Both the position numbers and the translations under genes were made by a program. A DNA stretch of 64,000 bases from Williopsis jadinii (taxonomy: Eukaryota): contig AP024667.1 in NCBI GenBank assembly GCA_024346625.1, positions 1,054,001-1,118,000 of the forward strand. Reading direction: 5' to 3'. Shown here one piece after another: positions 10,784 to 22,041 of this stretch. Position 1 is the stretch's first letter; every line of letters starts with the position of its first letter. The notes beneath the pieces were generated by a model that saw only the letters and a program-made list of their open reading frames with translations, did not search any database and was not told where the DNA came from.

Positions 10784-11036
10784 TGTTAAGGAGAATCAGT
10801 TGATGATGACCTTTGATCGGAGCCTTTGTTGGAAAGGAAGCGGGATGAGAAGTCAAAAGGAAGAAAAAGTGATTCTTTCGTTGGTTTATAAACAAAATCA
10901 ACTTCCAAAAGTATGGAAAAATTAGCTGATTCCCTTTCTCTTATGGGAAAAAAACTGCAGATGCGGTGTTCCGTTTGTGTGTGTTCACCATCTGCGTTTT
11001 TGTGGTTTGTTTTTGTGTACAAAACTTGCCGCGGTT

Positions 11037-11265
11037 TCGTTTAGAAGTTGTTAGCCGCCCAGTGGGATCTGCTCGTTTAGCAAAAACAAAAAAATATGCA
11101 GATCTCGTTTAGAAAGTCTTCGTTTACAAAGTTTGTGCTTTGGCCTTTTCGGTCGTTTATCGTATGACGCTTTTCTTTTTTTTGCGCGTGTGTGTGTTTT
11201 TGCGCGCGTGGTTTCGTTTCGCTTCGTTTAGCAGGCTGTGAAATACGGTGGGTTGGTCACGTGAC
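11037..11265. promoter_or_regulatory. Sterol-regulatory element cluster (Upc2/Ecm22-type) and an E-box in the ERG25 promoter
   Basis: TCGTTTAG at 11037, 11073, 11105 and 11224; TCGTTTA variants at 11120 and 11153; palindromic GTCACGTGAC at 11256-11265. Confidence 0.75.
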
Positions 11266-11827
11266 TATGGGGTCGGTTCAAGGCTTTCATTACGTAATGT
11301 GTTATATTAGCGTATGGTTACTTCACTTGATGGAGAGGTGGAGAGATTGTTGACGTTTAGAGGTGGAGAGGGCCTATGCCTTGTGTTCCCAATACGTTGC
11401 GATAAGCACAGGTAGTTGCTTCTCATGAGGTATGGCAGCAATAGCTGAACATAGTCGTTGCGGTGGTGATGGTGATACCCATACATCATACGATGGTGAT
11501 GGCTCTACCTGGTGTGCCATCCATCACCTGACCCGATGGAATCTTCATACGAGCTGGGAATTGAGCAGAGCACTGGAATCTCTACAGAGTAACGTGTAAG
11601 GGTAACAAGTAACAAGTGACTAGCATAACATACAGACACATATGGATATATAAACGCAGCTTGTGAAGAAACAAAGGGTAGTGATGAGAATGGGAAAGAT
11701 TAGAATAGAACGACAATAGCCATCTTAGTCGAAATCAACCATACGGCACGTTTATACCTTGTCAGTTGGCTCAAACAATAGGATGAACGAGATGGTCTGA
11801 TACTGAATGGTCCTGAAATGAGGACAA

Positions 11828-14116
11828 TTAGAACGTGATCAGACCTAGAATCACAACTGCGAAGAATGAAGTTGCCAATTTCACAGCAGACCCTTCAAAA
11901 GTTTCCACAGTCGGAGAGGTATGAGTAGAGTCTGCCTCAACAACAGAGGTCTTTGAAGTGACTTCTTTTTGATCTGTGTCGTGCTCTGGGGAAACACCAC
12001 CTTGAGTAATATCAGGGGCTCCCACGGTTTCAGTTGGAGTCTGAGGAGTTGGTGTCACAGTCTTAGACTTAACAACTGTTGTGGAGACTGGAACTTCAAC
12101 ACAAATATCATCAGAACAAGATGTTACTGTTACAACAGTTGTGACTGTACTCTTTTTAGTTGTGCCATCATCTTTACCTTTAGTGATTGTCTTAGCAGAC
12201 TCTGTACAACGTGTTTCATCGCATGAAGTAACAGTAACAACAGTTGTACTTAGTTGCTTTTCAGTTCTGGTCTCATCATCCTGAGCAATGGTTCCAACAT
12301 CTTGAGTAACAGTCTCAACAATCTCGACACAGGTGGTTTTATCACACGAGGTAACAGTAACCACGGCTGTACTTAGTTGTTTTTTAGTAGCAGTCTCAAC
12401 ACCTTGAGTCACAGTCTCAACAATCTCAACACAGGTGGTTTCATCACACGAGGTAACAGTAACCACAGCTGTACTTAGTTGCTCATCAGTAACAGACTCT
12501 TCAGTCATATCTGATACGGATGATTCATCTAAGGATTCCGTGATTGGTGCCAGAGTGGTGGTATTGGTGAATGGTTCAGAAGAGGAGGATGAGGAAATTA
12601 TTGAATAATCTTCAGGTGCATCGATAGTGAGCTCGAAATCCCAAACTAGCTCCTCTCTCTTCTTAAGCTTCTTCTCATCCACTGTAGTGACAACTAAGCG
12701 AGCATAAGTGGTCCATGAATCACCGGATGTGACAGTACCAACTGCTTGGAATATGATAGTATCACTATCAACAATACTGTCAGTGAAGGTATAGGTGACA
12801 GCTGAGTCGGTGATATCAATACTGGCACTTTCAGTAACATCATCATTGATAGTTACATCTGCATCTGAGTAGAAAAAGCCATCATCCTCGGTTCCGTTAC
12901 GACTCATTGTCAGAATAACAGAGGACCATGGACCAACATTTCCTGGAAGTTCAAGTGACCAAACAAGTGAATCATCTTCACTGAATTGTCCTAGAAGAGC
13001 TGGACCACTGGTTGGTTCAAGCACAGGCGTTGTGGATTCAATGGAAGACACCTCGCTTGATGATGATACGGAAATCTCAGAAGATTCGGCGGAAGATTCC
13101 AAAGTTGAAACAGATTCAGATTCAGATGATTCTGTAGACTCTTCTGAGGCTGTTGACTCAGATGATTCTGTAGACTCTTCTGAGACCGTAGATTCTTCTA
13201 AAACTGTTGATTCAGATGATTCTGTTGTCTCTTCTAAAACTGTAGACTCTTCTAAAACTGTTGATTCAGATGATTCTGTAGACTCTTCTGAGACTGTAGA
13301 CTCCTCTAAAACTGTTGATTCAGATGATTCTGTAGACTCCTCTAAAACTGTTGATTCAGATGACTCCGTAGACTCTTCTAAAACTGTTGACTCTGTAGAC
13401 ACTGAAGATACTCGAGGATTATTTGGTCTGAACTCATAAAACGTATTTGTTACGTTTTGGTGTCCACATCTGGGTTCATAGGAGTGTGGATATGCACCAA
13501 CATGACATGTATCATAAGCATTGTCTGGTAAGATAATTCTTGTGAGTGTGAGTCTATTAGTAAGACAAGAAACAGTAAACAAGTATGTATGGTTACCCTT
13601 TGTGACAGCAAAGGCACCAGTGTGTGCGTTGATGGCATCAATATTAGTAGTTCCAATGACATATGCGCCTTGCTTCAAGTTAACATAGAAATTACTTGGT
13701 GATAAGAAGGCAGGAAAGTTTCCGTATGACTCTTTGGCCTCAGTGTAGTAAACTATATTAGTAACATCATCGTAATCTTCTGTGAAATTGAGGAAAGAGA
13801 AAAGTCTGTAAGTAATGGGCCAGGTGTCAAGTTTCTCATACCAAGCAGTGGTTACTACGGTGAACCCCTCAATATCGATCGTCACAACATCCGTGAAGCA
13901 GTCACTAGACCCTCTACCAGAAGTATAGGTGTAAGAATAGGACATATCTGTAGTAACTGTATGAGTCGTGAAAGTCAGCGGACCTGATTGTGTTGACTCC
14001 TCTGATGTAACTGCTTCTGCAGTTGGAACTGCCAAAGCATTCGCATCTGGGACTGCTGAGCCAGACACAGCAGTGAAAAGCGCTAGTAAGCCAGTAAAGA
14101 TAGTGGATGTCCTCAT
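11828..14116 (-). CDS. GPI-anchored adhesin/flocculin-like cell wall protein (762 aa)
   Basis: Signal peptide; aromatic, Cys-containing N-terminal domain; (ESTVLEESTESS)n repeats; a ~130-aa domain shared with 49208-54229; four TVVTVTSCD..C flocculin-type repeats; GPI signal after FEGSA. Confidence 0.85.
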   Translation of the reverse strand: MRTSTIFTGLLALFTAVSGSAVPDANALAVPTAEAVTSEESTQSGPLTFTTHTVTTDMSYSYTYTSGRGSSDCFTDVVTIDIEGFTVVTTAWYEKLDTWPITYRLFSFLNFTEDYDDVTNIVYYTEAKESYGNFPAFLSPSNFYVNLKQGAYVIGTTNIDAINAHTGAFAVTKGNHTYLFTVSCLTNRLTLTRIILPDNAYDTCHVGAYPHSYEPRCGHQNVTNTFYEFRPNNPRVSSVSTESTVLEESTESSESTVLEESTESSESTVLEESTVSEESTESSESTVLEESTVLEETTESSESTVLEESTVSEESTESSESTASEESTESSESESVSTLESSAESSEISVSSSSEVSSIESTTPVLEPTSGPALLGQFSEDDSLVWSLELPGNVGPWSSVILTMSRNGTEDDGFFYSDADVTINDDVTESASIDITDSAVTYTFTDSIVDSDTIIFQAVGTVTSGDSWTTYARLVVTTVDEKKLKKREELVWDFELTIDAPEDYSIISSSSSSEPFTNTTTLAPITESLDESSVSDMTEESVTDEQLSTAVVTVTSCDETTCVEIVETVTQGVETATKKQLSTAVVTVTSCDKTTCVEIVETVTQDVGTIAQDDETRTEKQLSTTVVTVTSCDETRCTESAKTITKGKDDGTTKKSTVTTVVTVTSCSDDICVEVPVSTTVVKSKTVTPTPQTPTETVGAPDITQGGVSPEHDTDQKEVTSKTSVVEADSTHTSPTVETFEGSAVKLATSFFAVVILGLITF

Positions 14117-15906
14117 TACTCTTGATTTTGACTAAAGGTAATTCATATGTGAGCAAAACAACAGACCAAGGGTGGTGAAGACGTGTCCTTTTATACTTTT
14201 CTTGTGCCTAGTGAGTATGGTGCCCGTGTGGCCTGTGTATGCCCACCCTCTTTCGAACACGATGCCTTTGTTCCAAAGCACAACTTGCTCCCTCAAGGTA
14301 CTGTAGAGCTTTCAATTCTTGACTCATGTTTGAAGGACAAAACTGTAAGCTACTTCCAAGACTTGTCCAGGCGGCTTTCAAGGTGTGAGCTGAACATTCT
14401 TGATATAAAATACGCACAATGTTGTGCTTTTCCGAACAGGTTATGTATTCACGCATCAACACATCCCGTTTTGAAGGCCATATCTGGGTTGGGGCATTGA
14501 TGCTCCAACTGTTGAGCCTGGTCTCAATATGATGATGTTTCCAATTCAGTACCAGCTCCATCTGACCTTCTCAACCTCTTCGAATTCGAATAAGGGGGTG
14601 TAAAGTTTCTTGGAAGAAATTGACCTCCCCAGTAAAAGTAAACAAACATTGGCGCTAATAAGTACATGAGTTACTGGATTTGACATCCGTTATCTGCTGA
14701 TTCGCCCATTTCAGTCACCAAGGCGAGACATTTCAACGCCTTAATATGGACTACTTCGTGTGTCAGGAGAGTAAATCACCTGAAATGACAACTGTACGCC
14801 TCCAAGACAGCGCCAATGTGGTTGAAAGTAGTAGTTCCCTTTCCGGTATTGGATGCTGAGATAATTCAAACCCGGAAGTATCGATTGCACCTAGGGCGTA
14901 TTGAGTCGTGCCATGCACTCCACCAATCTCAAGTGGAACATCTACACCACAACTCACACATGCTGCAATTGACTACCGCAATGGTGATGTTGGGCCTCTG
15001 AATCAGGGTTTCGGATTTATTGTTGGCTTAATCGAATGATTACTACGGTGACACTTAACAGTTGTTACACTTCTATTATGTTTTATGGAAACAGTTTGGA
15101 TCATGAGCTGTCAAGATGCGGGTGTTTCTACAGTGGCTTCAAAGGAGCTCTTTGAAGCATTGTATTTCCTCCCTTTCTAACTTCTTATGAAGGTAGCCTT
15201 CTATCTTATACTTTTCAGGCTATAATGATTAAGAATTATCTTCTCGCCATTATTTCATTTTACTACTAACGTTTAGCCGCTACCTGAGGTAGAAGGAAAC
15301 AGTATCGACAACTGTTTAGTTGTTCATTGTGTAACACATTGTGATGTTATTATTGTAAGAAACTGTAAGCTGGGGCCTGAAGAGCACACAATCCATTCTG
15401 GAGATGCAGGGAAAAGATGTGGAAGATGCGTGTGGTGTAGGAATGACAGGTCTCACGTGAAGACACGGGATTATACCTGCTCGACCAACCTTTGAAGGTT
15501 CACTTGTGCTGTGTATTGGCTATTGAAGCAAGCTGTCGATGATGAGAAACCTTTTCGTATGTGGCTTTGGTTTTTTACTATGTTCTATGTGTTATTTGCT
15601 CTGGAAGAATGTGATTACAAGTGATGAGGAATGGTTATGCTTTCCTGGAAGCACAGAAGTGCTTCAAAGGGTCCGTGGATCCTTACAGTTAAGACAGAGA
15701 AGTCCATTTTAGATGCTTACACTTAACTGGTCTAAAACGTGAGGCTAGCAAAAGTCAGATAAGATTAAATAGTAAAATATTTTATACAAAAAATGTGTGA
15801 AATGAAATGGAGAAAGATCAACAGTAAGCACATCCAGAAAGTACTTCGAATGAGTCCTTTTTCAAGTAATAGGCGAATGGGGAATGGTTCAATCAGTTAG
15901 CCATCT

Positions 15907-17907
15907 CTAGAGGGCCATCAATGCCAAAAACAATCCACCGAAGATAGAGGTGCTTAATACTCTTGCAGCTCCATCAGCCTGCGTTATCACAGAATAAGAA
16001 CTAGTGGAATTTACAGGAGCCAGTGTAGTGGTTCCAGATTGAATGGATGTTTCCATGCTGGAACTTTCTGGAATGTCCCCCACGTCTGTTGTCTGAGATG
16101 TTTGACCTTCCTCAGTTGTCTGAGTTGTCTGAGTTGTCTGAGTTGTCTGGATGGTGCGCAAAGTTAATGGCACAAGTGAAGTGTAGGTTGATGTCGTTGT
16201 CCACGAACTTGCTGATGTTCCAACACTCTCTGATATAACATAGGTTGTAACGAATGTTACATATGATGTGGTTGTAACAAGGCTTTTCGTAGTGAAGGTT
16301 GTCTCTGTTGTTTCGAGTTGCTCAGGCTCCTCAGATTCCGTTGTACTTGATGTTATTCCCTCATATGTAATATCAGGAGAGCCTGTTGTGGCTCTAGTGA
16401 TCACAGAGTCTTCAGTCGAAGCTGTAGTTCCTCCTGGTGCAAGCGTTGTGGTGCCTCTTGTAGTAATAGTACCATCATTTGTTCCAGTTGATGTTGTTGC
16501 ACTGGAAACCCTGATATTTGCATCAGGAGTGTTGGTAAGTGTGTCAACAGATTCAATTGATGTACTTCCAATATAAACACTGGTAGAAGTAGCAGTCGTC
16601 ATATCAGTAAGGACCTCATCAGTGGAAGTGGCAGTGACCATAACAGGATCGTTCTCTGTCGATAAAGTAATCCCAACATCAGGTGTTGATGTAGTTGTAC
16701 TGGTGACATCTTCTGAAGAGAAAGTCGTGGTTTCATCCACTGGGCTAGTTGGTGTTGCAAAACCAAGTTCTGGGGTCCCAGTAAAAGTGTTATCGTTAGA
16801 AGTTGTGCTGAAAGTCTGTCCTGGGAGAATAGTGCTGTATCCTGAGGTTGTTATATCAGTCAGTGGACAATATGTTGTATAACTAGTGACAACACCGTTC
16901 AACGTCATGGTGACCACTGTAACGCCAGTAGTAATTACATCTGTGTAACAAGCTTCATCGTTACAAGATGAAATGCTTATGACAGTTGTTTCTATGTCTG
17001 CTTGTGGAGAAGTCAAGGACACTAATGACGGTGAAACAGTACTGTTGCTTGAAGGAACACTTTCTGTAAGATTCGAAAAGTTGAACTCTAGAGCTTGCTG
17101 ATCAGCAGATGTATAAGAGCTGGAAACTGGGATTTGCACAGTATTCGAAGAAGTAGCAGAAGTAGCAAAGTTGCCTAGTATTGTCAATGTCGAACTTTCA
17201 CTTGAACTAGAGTTCCAAGAAGGTGCTAATGTTGTTGGTGAGAAAGACTCAGATTCATCGACAACATTATCTATCCATGTCTGGGAGCTAGTTGTGCTAT
17301 TGACGTATGGAATTGATGCTTCATCTGTTGAGTTGGCTGATGAACCAGTATCAATATCAAGTCCATTAGGTGATGCAACGGTAACGTTAGTGGCAGAACT
17401 CATACTGTCATTAGCAATTGTGTTTCCTGTCTCAGTTGTGACTGCATAAGATGACTGAGTGGGTGTGTTTCCACGTATATTGGATTGTTGTAGTATTGTT
17501 GGATCAATTGTAGAGTTTATTTGCGTCAACTGAGTTTCCAAAGTCGCAGTAGAAAGAGCACCCATGTTTGCTAATGTAACAACGGAGGAGCTTTCGAATT
17601 GCTCACTATTTGTGACATTGTAAACAACCTGTTGAATAGCAGTTTCAGAAGATTCCAAAGCTTGCAAAGGTTCCAAGGAGGCCGTATTATTCGAGATTGA
17701 TACCGTATTGCTAGACAAAGAAGCAATGGTTGTCTCAGATGGGACGGTCAGGATATCTGTGACAAAAGATGCGAAGCTTGGAGTAGTCACATTGGTGGAA
17801 GTGTTTCCAAAGTAGCCAAACTGTCCAATGGTCGTTAAAGAAGAAGTCGACGAAGACTGTGCAATGGCACAGCTCAAGAGGAATGAGAGATAAATACCAG
17901 ATTTCAT
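15907..17907 (-). CDS. Ser/Thr-rich GPI-anchored cell wall protein
   Basis: Signal peptide from MKSGIYL (ATG 17907; another in-frame ATG at 17943), an ISSCNDEAC...YTTYCPL flocculin/Candida-type repeat, and a hydrophobic GPI tail after ADGAA. Confidence 0.85.
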   Translation of the reverse strand: MKSGIYLSFLLSCAIAQSSSTSSLTTIGQFGYFGNTSTNVTTPSFASFVTDILTVPSETTIASLSSNTVSISNNTASLEPLQALESSETAIQQVVYNVTNSEQFESSSVVTLANMGALSTATLETQLTQINSTIDPTILQQSNIRGNTPTQSSYAVTTETGNTIANDSMSSATNVTVASPNGLDIDTGSSANSTDEASIPYVNSTTSSQTWIDNVVDESESFSPTTLAPSWNSSSSESSTLTILGNFATSATSSNTVQIPVSSSYTSADQQALEFNFSNLTESVPSSNSTVSPSLVSLTSPQADIETTVISISSCNDEACYTDVITTGVTVVTMTLNGVVTSYTTYCPLTDITTSGYSTILPGQTFSTTSNDNTFTGTPELGFATPTSPVDETTTFSSEDVTSTTTSTPDVGITLSTENDPVMVTATSTDEVLTDMTTATSTSVYIGSTSIESVDTLTNTPDANIRVSSATTSTGTNDGTITTRGTTTLAPGGTTASTEDSVITRATTGSPDITYEGITSSTTESEEPEQLETTETTFTTKSLVTTTSYVTFVTTYVISESVGTSASSWTTTSTYTSLVPLTLRTIQTTQTTQTTQTTEEGQTSQTTDVGDIPESSSMETSIQSGTTTLAPVNSTSSYSVITQADGAARVLSTSIFGGLFLALMAL

Positions 17908-18398
17908 TTCTCGATATAGGTGTTCCTTATGGTGATGATTCATTACAACACCTTTAAAAGAAAGACTTCAATAGGGAGCATTCGACTCTCCTTAAATAGA
18001 CCCCCATTTGAATCACCGTTTATCATCAATTGTATCTACCATCTGCTCAAATTGAATTGATGATGATCCCAAAGAGGAATAAAGCACGTTAACACCACCA
18101 GCCTCATCTGGAGGATTAATGCCGATCCAAGAAATATTTTAGCAAGCCATCTTGATGGAGTAACTCACAACAGCAGAAGTGTTGGTCAAACTATGTCCAC
18201 GTGTACAGCAGTTGCCTGTTGTGGCTGGTTTAACGGTAAAAGAACTGTCAATATTCTACAGTTGTAGCCTGCGTGATAGAAATGTATAGACCAAAGAGAG
18301 GAAAAACAAGAGAGAAAAAGCAATACGTTATCAATTGGATCAGCTATATTGTGATTTTGTTAGTGTTAATAATAGATCAATAGACTAGAGTGGAGTGA

Positions 18399-19439
18399 TC
18401 AGAGCTCAAACTCATCCTCCAGCTCATCCATTTCTTCTTCCAGTTCCTCATCGCCCATGTCCGAATCTGAATAAGCACTATATTCCTCCTCCACATCATC
18501 CTCGTCATGTTCATCTTCTATTTCCTCATCTAAATGGTTATAGGACTCCTCGGCATCTTCATCATCGCTACCATCATCGTTGGTGTCCAGCACACATTTG
18601 ATAGCAGCTTCGTCAACATCAACGTATGGAGAGGCATACTCTACAGGCGACCCGCATTTCAAACACTGCCATTTCTCCTTGGAGTTATTAGCACCGTCTA
18701 GCTTCGTCACTAGGCAGACATAGCAGTATTTACAACCACAGTTTGTCTCCACTGGGTTGACTATTCTCTGTTTTTTGCCCGACATTTCAAAACAGATAGC
18801 ACATTCACGTTCTTTCAGATGTTTGAACTCGATTGAGTCCAGCTTCCCAGTCGAAGGCTTTGCCAGTAGCTTTGTAAATATGGCACTTATTTGAGAGTTT
18901 TTCAGTATAGGCAATATGAACAGAATGAACTCCAAAAACGTGTTCCAGATGAGTTGTCTATTCTGAAACTCATACGAAACGTCACCCTTCTGTTTGGCCA
19001 ATTCCAAGGAGTTATACGACATTTTGATATCCAGCAGTCTCATAAGTAAGTTGGGATACACGCCCTTCACCAAAAAGACGAGGAAGTTCCCAGCATCCAG
19101 CAGTTGGTATCCTCTTTCCAAGGTTCTATACCACTTCGACCTCCAAGTATCCTCGACGTACATTATTGAGCTCAACTTCGTGCCAACATAATTGCCCATG
19201 ACCAGGGACAGAACATAAATGTGTTTCTTCCACGAATGGAGGTTCTTGTATTTCAAGTTCATCAGGAACATTCCATAGGACTGGTCTTTATTGCCAATGG
19301 TCAACTTGTACAGTAAGAGCTTGAGAAGAAGTGTAACTTCTTCCCTGTAATCAGAGATTTGGCTCGAGAGATGTGTAAGGAGCTCATCATCGAGCAAGTG
19401 CGCATCAAGCTGTGTGACCCTTGGTGTTCTGATGAGCAT
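18399..19439 (-). CDS. PEX2: Peroxin Pex2, RING-finger ubiquitin ligase subunit
   Basis: PRVTQLDAHLLDDEL, SYEFQNRQLIWNTFLEF, RING CAIC...CGCKYCYVC...CLKC and an acidic tail. Confidence 0.92.
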   Translation of the reverse strand: MLIRTPRVTQLDAHLLDDELLTHLSSQISDYREEVTLLLKLLLYKLTIGNKDQSYGMFLMNLKYKNLHSWKKHIYVLSLVMGNYVGTKLSSIMYVEDTWRSKWYRTLERGYQLLDAGNFLVFLVKGVYPNLLMRLLDIKMSYNSLELAKQKGDVSYEFQNRQLIWNTFLEFILFILPILKNSQISAIFTKLLAKPSTGKLDSIEFKHLKERECAICFEMSGKKQRIVNPVETNCGCKYCYVCLVTKLDGANNSKEKWQCLKCGSPVEYASPYVDVDEAAIKCVLDTNDDGSDDEDAEESYNHLDEEIEDEHDEDDVEEEYSAYSDSDMGDEELEEEMDELEDEFEL

Positions 19440-19758
19440 CTTCAGAGCACTTCTGTTCCAATTGTATGTGTGTTTTTAGCTGTTTTTATTTGAAGTGTTG
19501 AACTGAATTCTGACGTTGTATACAAAATTATGTCCTGAGGCTTTTCCCCAGTCCCGAGAGCTACTGTTTTGAGAGGGGCCGGAAGAACTTCTTTGTGGGG
19601 GGCGAGACTCGCGGGACTGGATAAGACTGGACTGGACAAGACTGGACTGGACAAGACTAGGCTTGTTACCATGCCTAATGTGATATAGGACTAGACTAAT
19701 TTACAAGCCATTAATTGGAAAGAGAGAGGTATACAGATTAAGCAGTTACATATACAAT

Positions 19759-20394
19759 TCAAAACACTATATCACTTCTCAGTACCCACTTCTCGCCTTC
19801 CAGAACCTCCATTGCCTCGTGTTCTAAGCAGTCTCCACCACCGTGTCTATGGAGGCATACGGAGCCGGTCCTAGGCTCAACACTCAGTACTTCATCCTCA
19901 TCGTAGAAAACAGTCTCACCACCTCGTAGTCCCTCGTTAGGGCCGGTTAGATAGATCAACACGGTCCAGTGAGTACGCCCACCATCCGTCCACTGGCTCT
20001 CGTCCACGTGTTTGTCAAAATACTGTCCCTTTGTATAACGATACACCCTAATGTTGGAACTCAGACACTTTGCACCGTCAAACTGGTCTAGCCTGTGCAG
20101 CTGAAGAGTTCTCTTCAGGTGGTTCCAGAGGTTTGTCGAGGCGTCTCTGTCCTCCACGCTCAATCTGTCGTTAACCCTAGCAGCATAGTTCTTGGACTTC
20201 TTCAAGGGCGTCGTCTCCAGTGGTAAGCTGTTGAAAGCCGTCACCAGTTCCTTAGCGTACCTCTTGGAGTAAAAATTATCAATGACGATAACCTGAGGGT
20301 GCAACTCCCTCACGGAGGAGAAATCACCCTCTGTATAAAACAAAGAGCTCGGAAGCCTCTTCAAGGACTGGGTCTTAGGCTTTGTTTTACCCAT
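19759..20394 (-). CDS. 2-oxoglutarate/Fe(II)-dependent oxygenase (prolyl-4-hydroxylase-like)
   Basis: NIRVYRY..GQYFDKHVD (HxD), GGETVF, distal His in LEHEA, and KWVLRSD. Confidence 0.85.
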   Translation of the reverse strand: MGKTKPKTQSLKRLPSSLFYTEGDFSSVRELHPQVIVIDNFYSKRYAKELVTAFNSLPLETTPLKKSKNYAARVNDRLSVEDRDASTNLWNHLKRTLQLHRLDQFDGAKCLSSNIRVYRYTKGQYFDKHVDESQWTDGGRTHWTVLIYLTGPNEGLRGGETVFYDEDEVLSVEPRTGSVCLHRHGGGDCLEHEAMEVLEGEKWVLRSDIVF

Positions 20395-20556
20395 CGTTGA
20401 TGAGTCCTTGTTATCTGAGCAGATACGCTTCCTCGACGCTGATTGGCCAGCAGCAACGGCGATGACTTTGATTTTGATTAGAAATCCTCACATGGAAAAT
20501 CTGCTCTGCTTATTACAACCAGCCCATAAATAAGAACAGGGACGTTGTAACGGGAA

Positions 20557-21333
20557 ATGAAGACGATAGTGGTACTCTCCGGTAAAGGAGGCGTGGGTAA
20601 ATCATCAGTGACTCTACAGCTTGCTCTTCAGCTCGCCTCTACAAATGCGCAGGTTGGTGTACTCGACCTGGACATAACTGGGCCATCATTACCGAGAATG
20701 TTTGGCGTGGAGAACTACAAAGTGTTGCAGTCTCACTCTGGTTGGCTGCCTGTCCGTGTGTCTCCGCAGCTACAAGTGATGAGCATTGGATTCCTGCTCT
20801 CTGATAGAGGGAACTCTGTGGTGTGGCGTGGTGCAAAGAAGACTGGAATGGTTCAGCAGTTCTTGAGAGATACATACTGGGGAGATTTGGACTATTTGAT
20901 CATTGACACACCACCTGGCACCGGTGACGAACACATTGCACTTGCAGAGGAGATCAAGACGGTTGACGGTGCGGTCATAGTGACAACTCCTCAGATGGTT
21001 GCTATAAACGACGTGAAGAAGGAGATAAACTTTTGCCACAAGGTCAATTTCAAGATCATAGGGGTTGTTGAGAACATGAGCGGTTTCAAATGTCCCCATT
21101 GTGATGAATGTACTGATGTCTTCAACTCTGGTGGTGGTGAAAAGCTGTGTAAGGAATTGGGATTAACTCTGCTGGGCCAATTGCCTATAGACCCAGCTTT
21201 TGTCGAGACAGTAGAGTCTCAGAAGATTGTTCAGATGTACGGATCGACTCCAATGAGGAAAGTATTCGAGCCCATTGCCAAAGCCGTGGAGGATAAAGTA
21301 CAGGCCACTGGTGTGGAACAGCTCTCAACCTGA
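20557..21333 (+). CDS. CFD1: Cytosolic Fe-S cluster assembly P-loop NTPase Cfd1
   Basis: SGKGGVGKSS, DTPPGTGDEH and ENMSGFKCPHC. It lacks the N-terminal Cys cluster of Nbp35. Confidence 0.92.
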   Translation: MKTIVVLSGKGGVGKSSVTLQLALQLASTNAQVGVLDLDITGPSLPRMFGVENYKVLQSHSGWLPVRVSPQLQVMSIGFLLSDRGNSVVWRGAKKTGMVQQFLRDTYWGDLDYLIIDTPPGTGDEHIALAEEIKTVDGAVIVTTPQMVAINDVKKEINFCHKVNFKIIGVVENMSGFKCPHCDECTDVFNSGGGEKLCKELGLTLLGQLPIDPAFVETVESQKIVQMYGSTPMRKVFEPIAKAVEDKVQATGVEQLST

Positions 21334-22041
21334 AAGCCCGTCTTGACTAACTGTCGACTTCACGGTGGCGATAGTGCAGTCACCTGGGCTCCGGAAGAGA
21401 TGGAGACACCCATGAACTCGTACTTCCAGGCTCTTTCTCTCCCTATAGACATGGCTCATTAATTTTTGATGATTGATATAAAGCTCAGTATACACTCTAG
21501 AGAATATACGTGTGGTGTACGGATGTTACATGACACATTTCTCGTGGTGTGTTTCTGCTGTAAGCAACACTCTATGACCTCATTCCATAGCAATTGGATA
21601 TTTATACACCCGTCTCGTCATTTGATAGCAAGGATCATTCCATGCAGCCACTTTTGTTTGTTTGGCGTGTTTCCGTTGGTCTGGAATTTCCATTTTAACC
21701 AACAATACGTGCGCTGTTGGTTGCATCGTTAAGGGCTGCATAGACCACATGACTGTCAAACTCAATTGAACATGTCGGAGACTTGCGTGTACTACAAACA
21801 GATACAAGGTTTGATTGCACACAGACGGAGACCATGAGGCACTTATTCAGAAATTCGAAAGAAGTCTGTTTGCTTTCGAACTGGTTGTATTACAATGCAG
21901 GTGAATAGCTGTTGTCTCGAGTATAAAGACCAACCTTGCGAATACTGAAAAACTTGTCACACTCCTCTTTTTTTTCTCATCAGCAAGAAACTAGTATTAC
22001 ACTCGTTAAACAGTTTACACAGTCTCCAGGAAGTGATAACC

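Noticed and set aside
10784..10901. Non-AUG N-terminal extension of ERG25 suggested by the ORF track
   Set aside because: A spliced ATG at 10783 gives a normal-length protein, so a TTG start is not needed.
7926..21333. Alternative CUG decoding (Ser or Ala)
   Set aside because: CTG occupies conserved Leu positions, for example GGTLGTG in the permease and DLDI in Cfd1.
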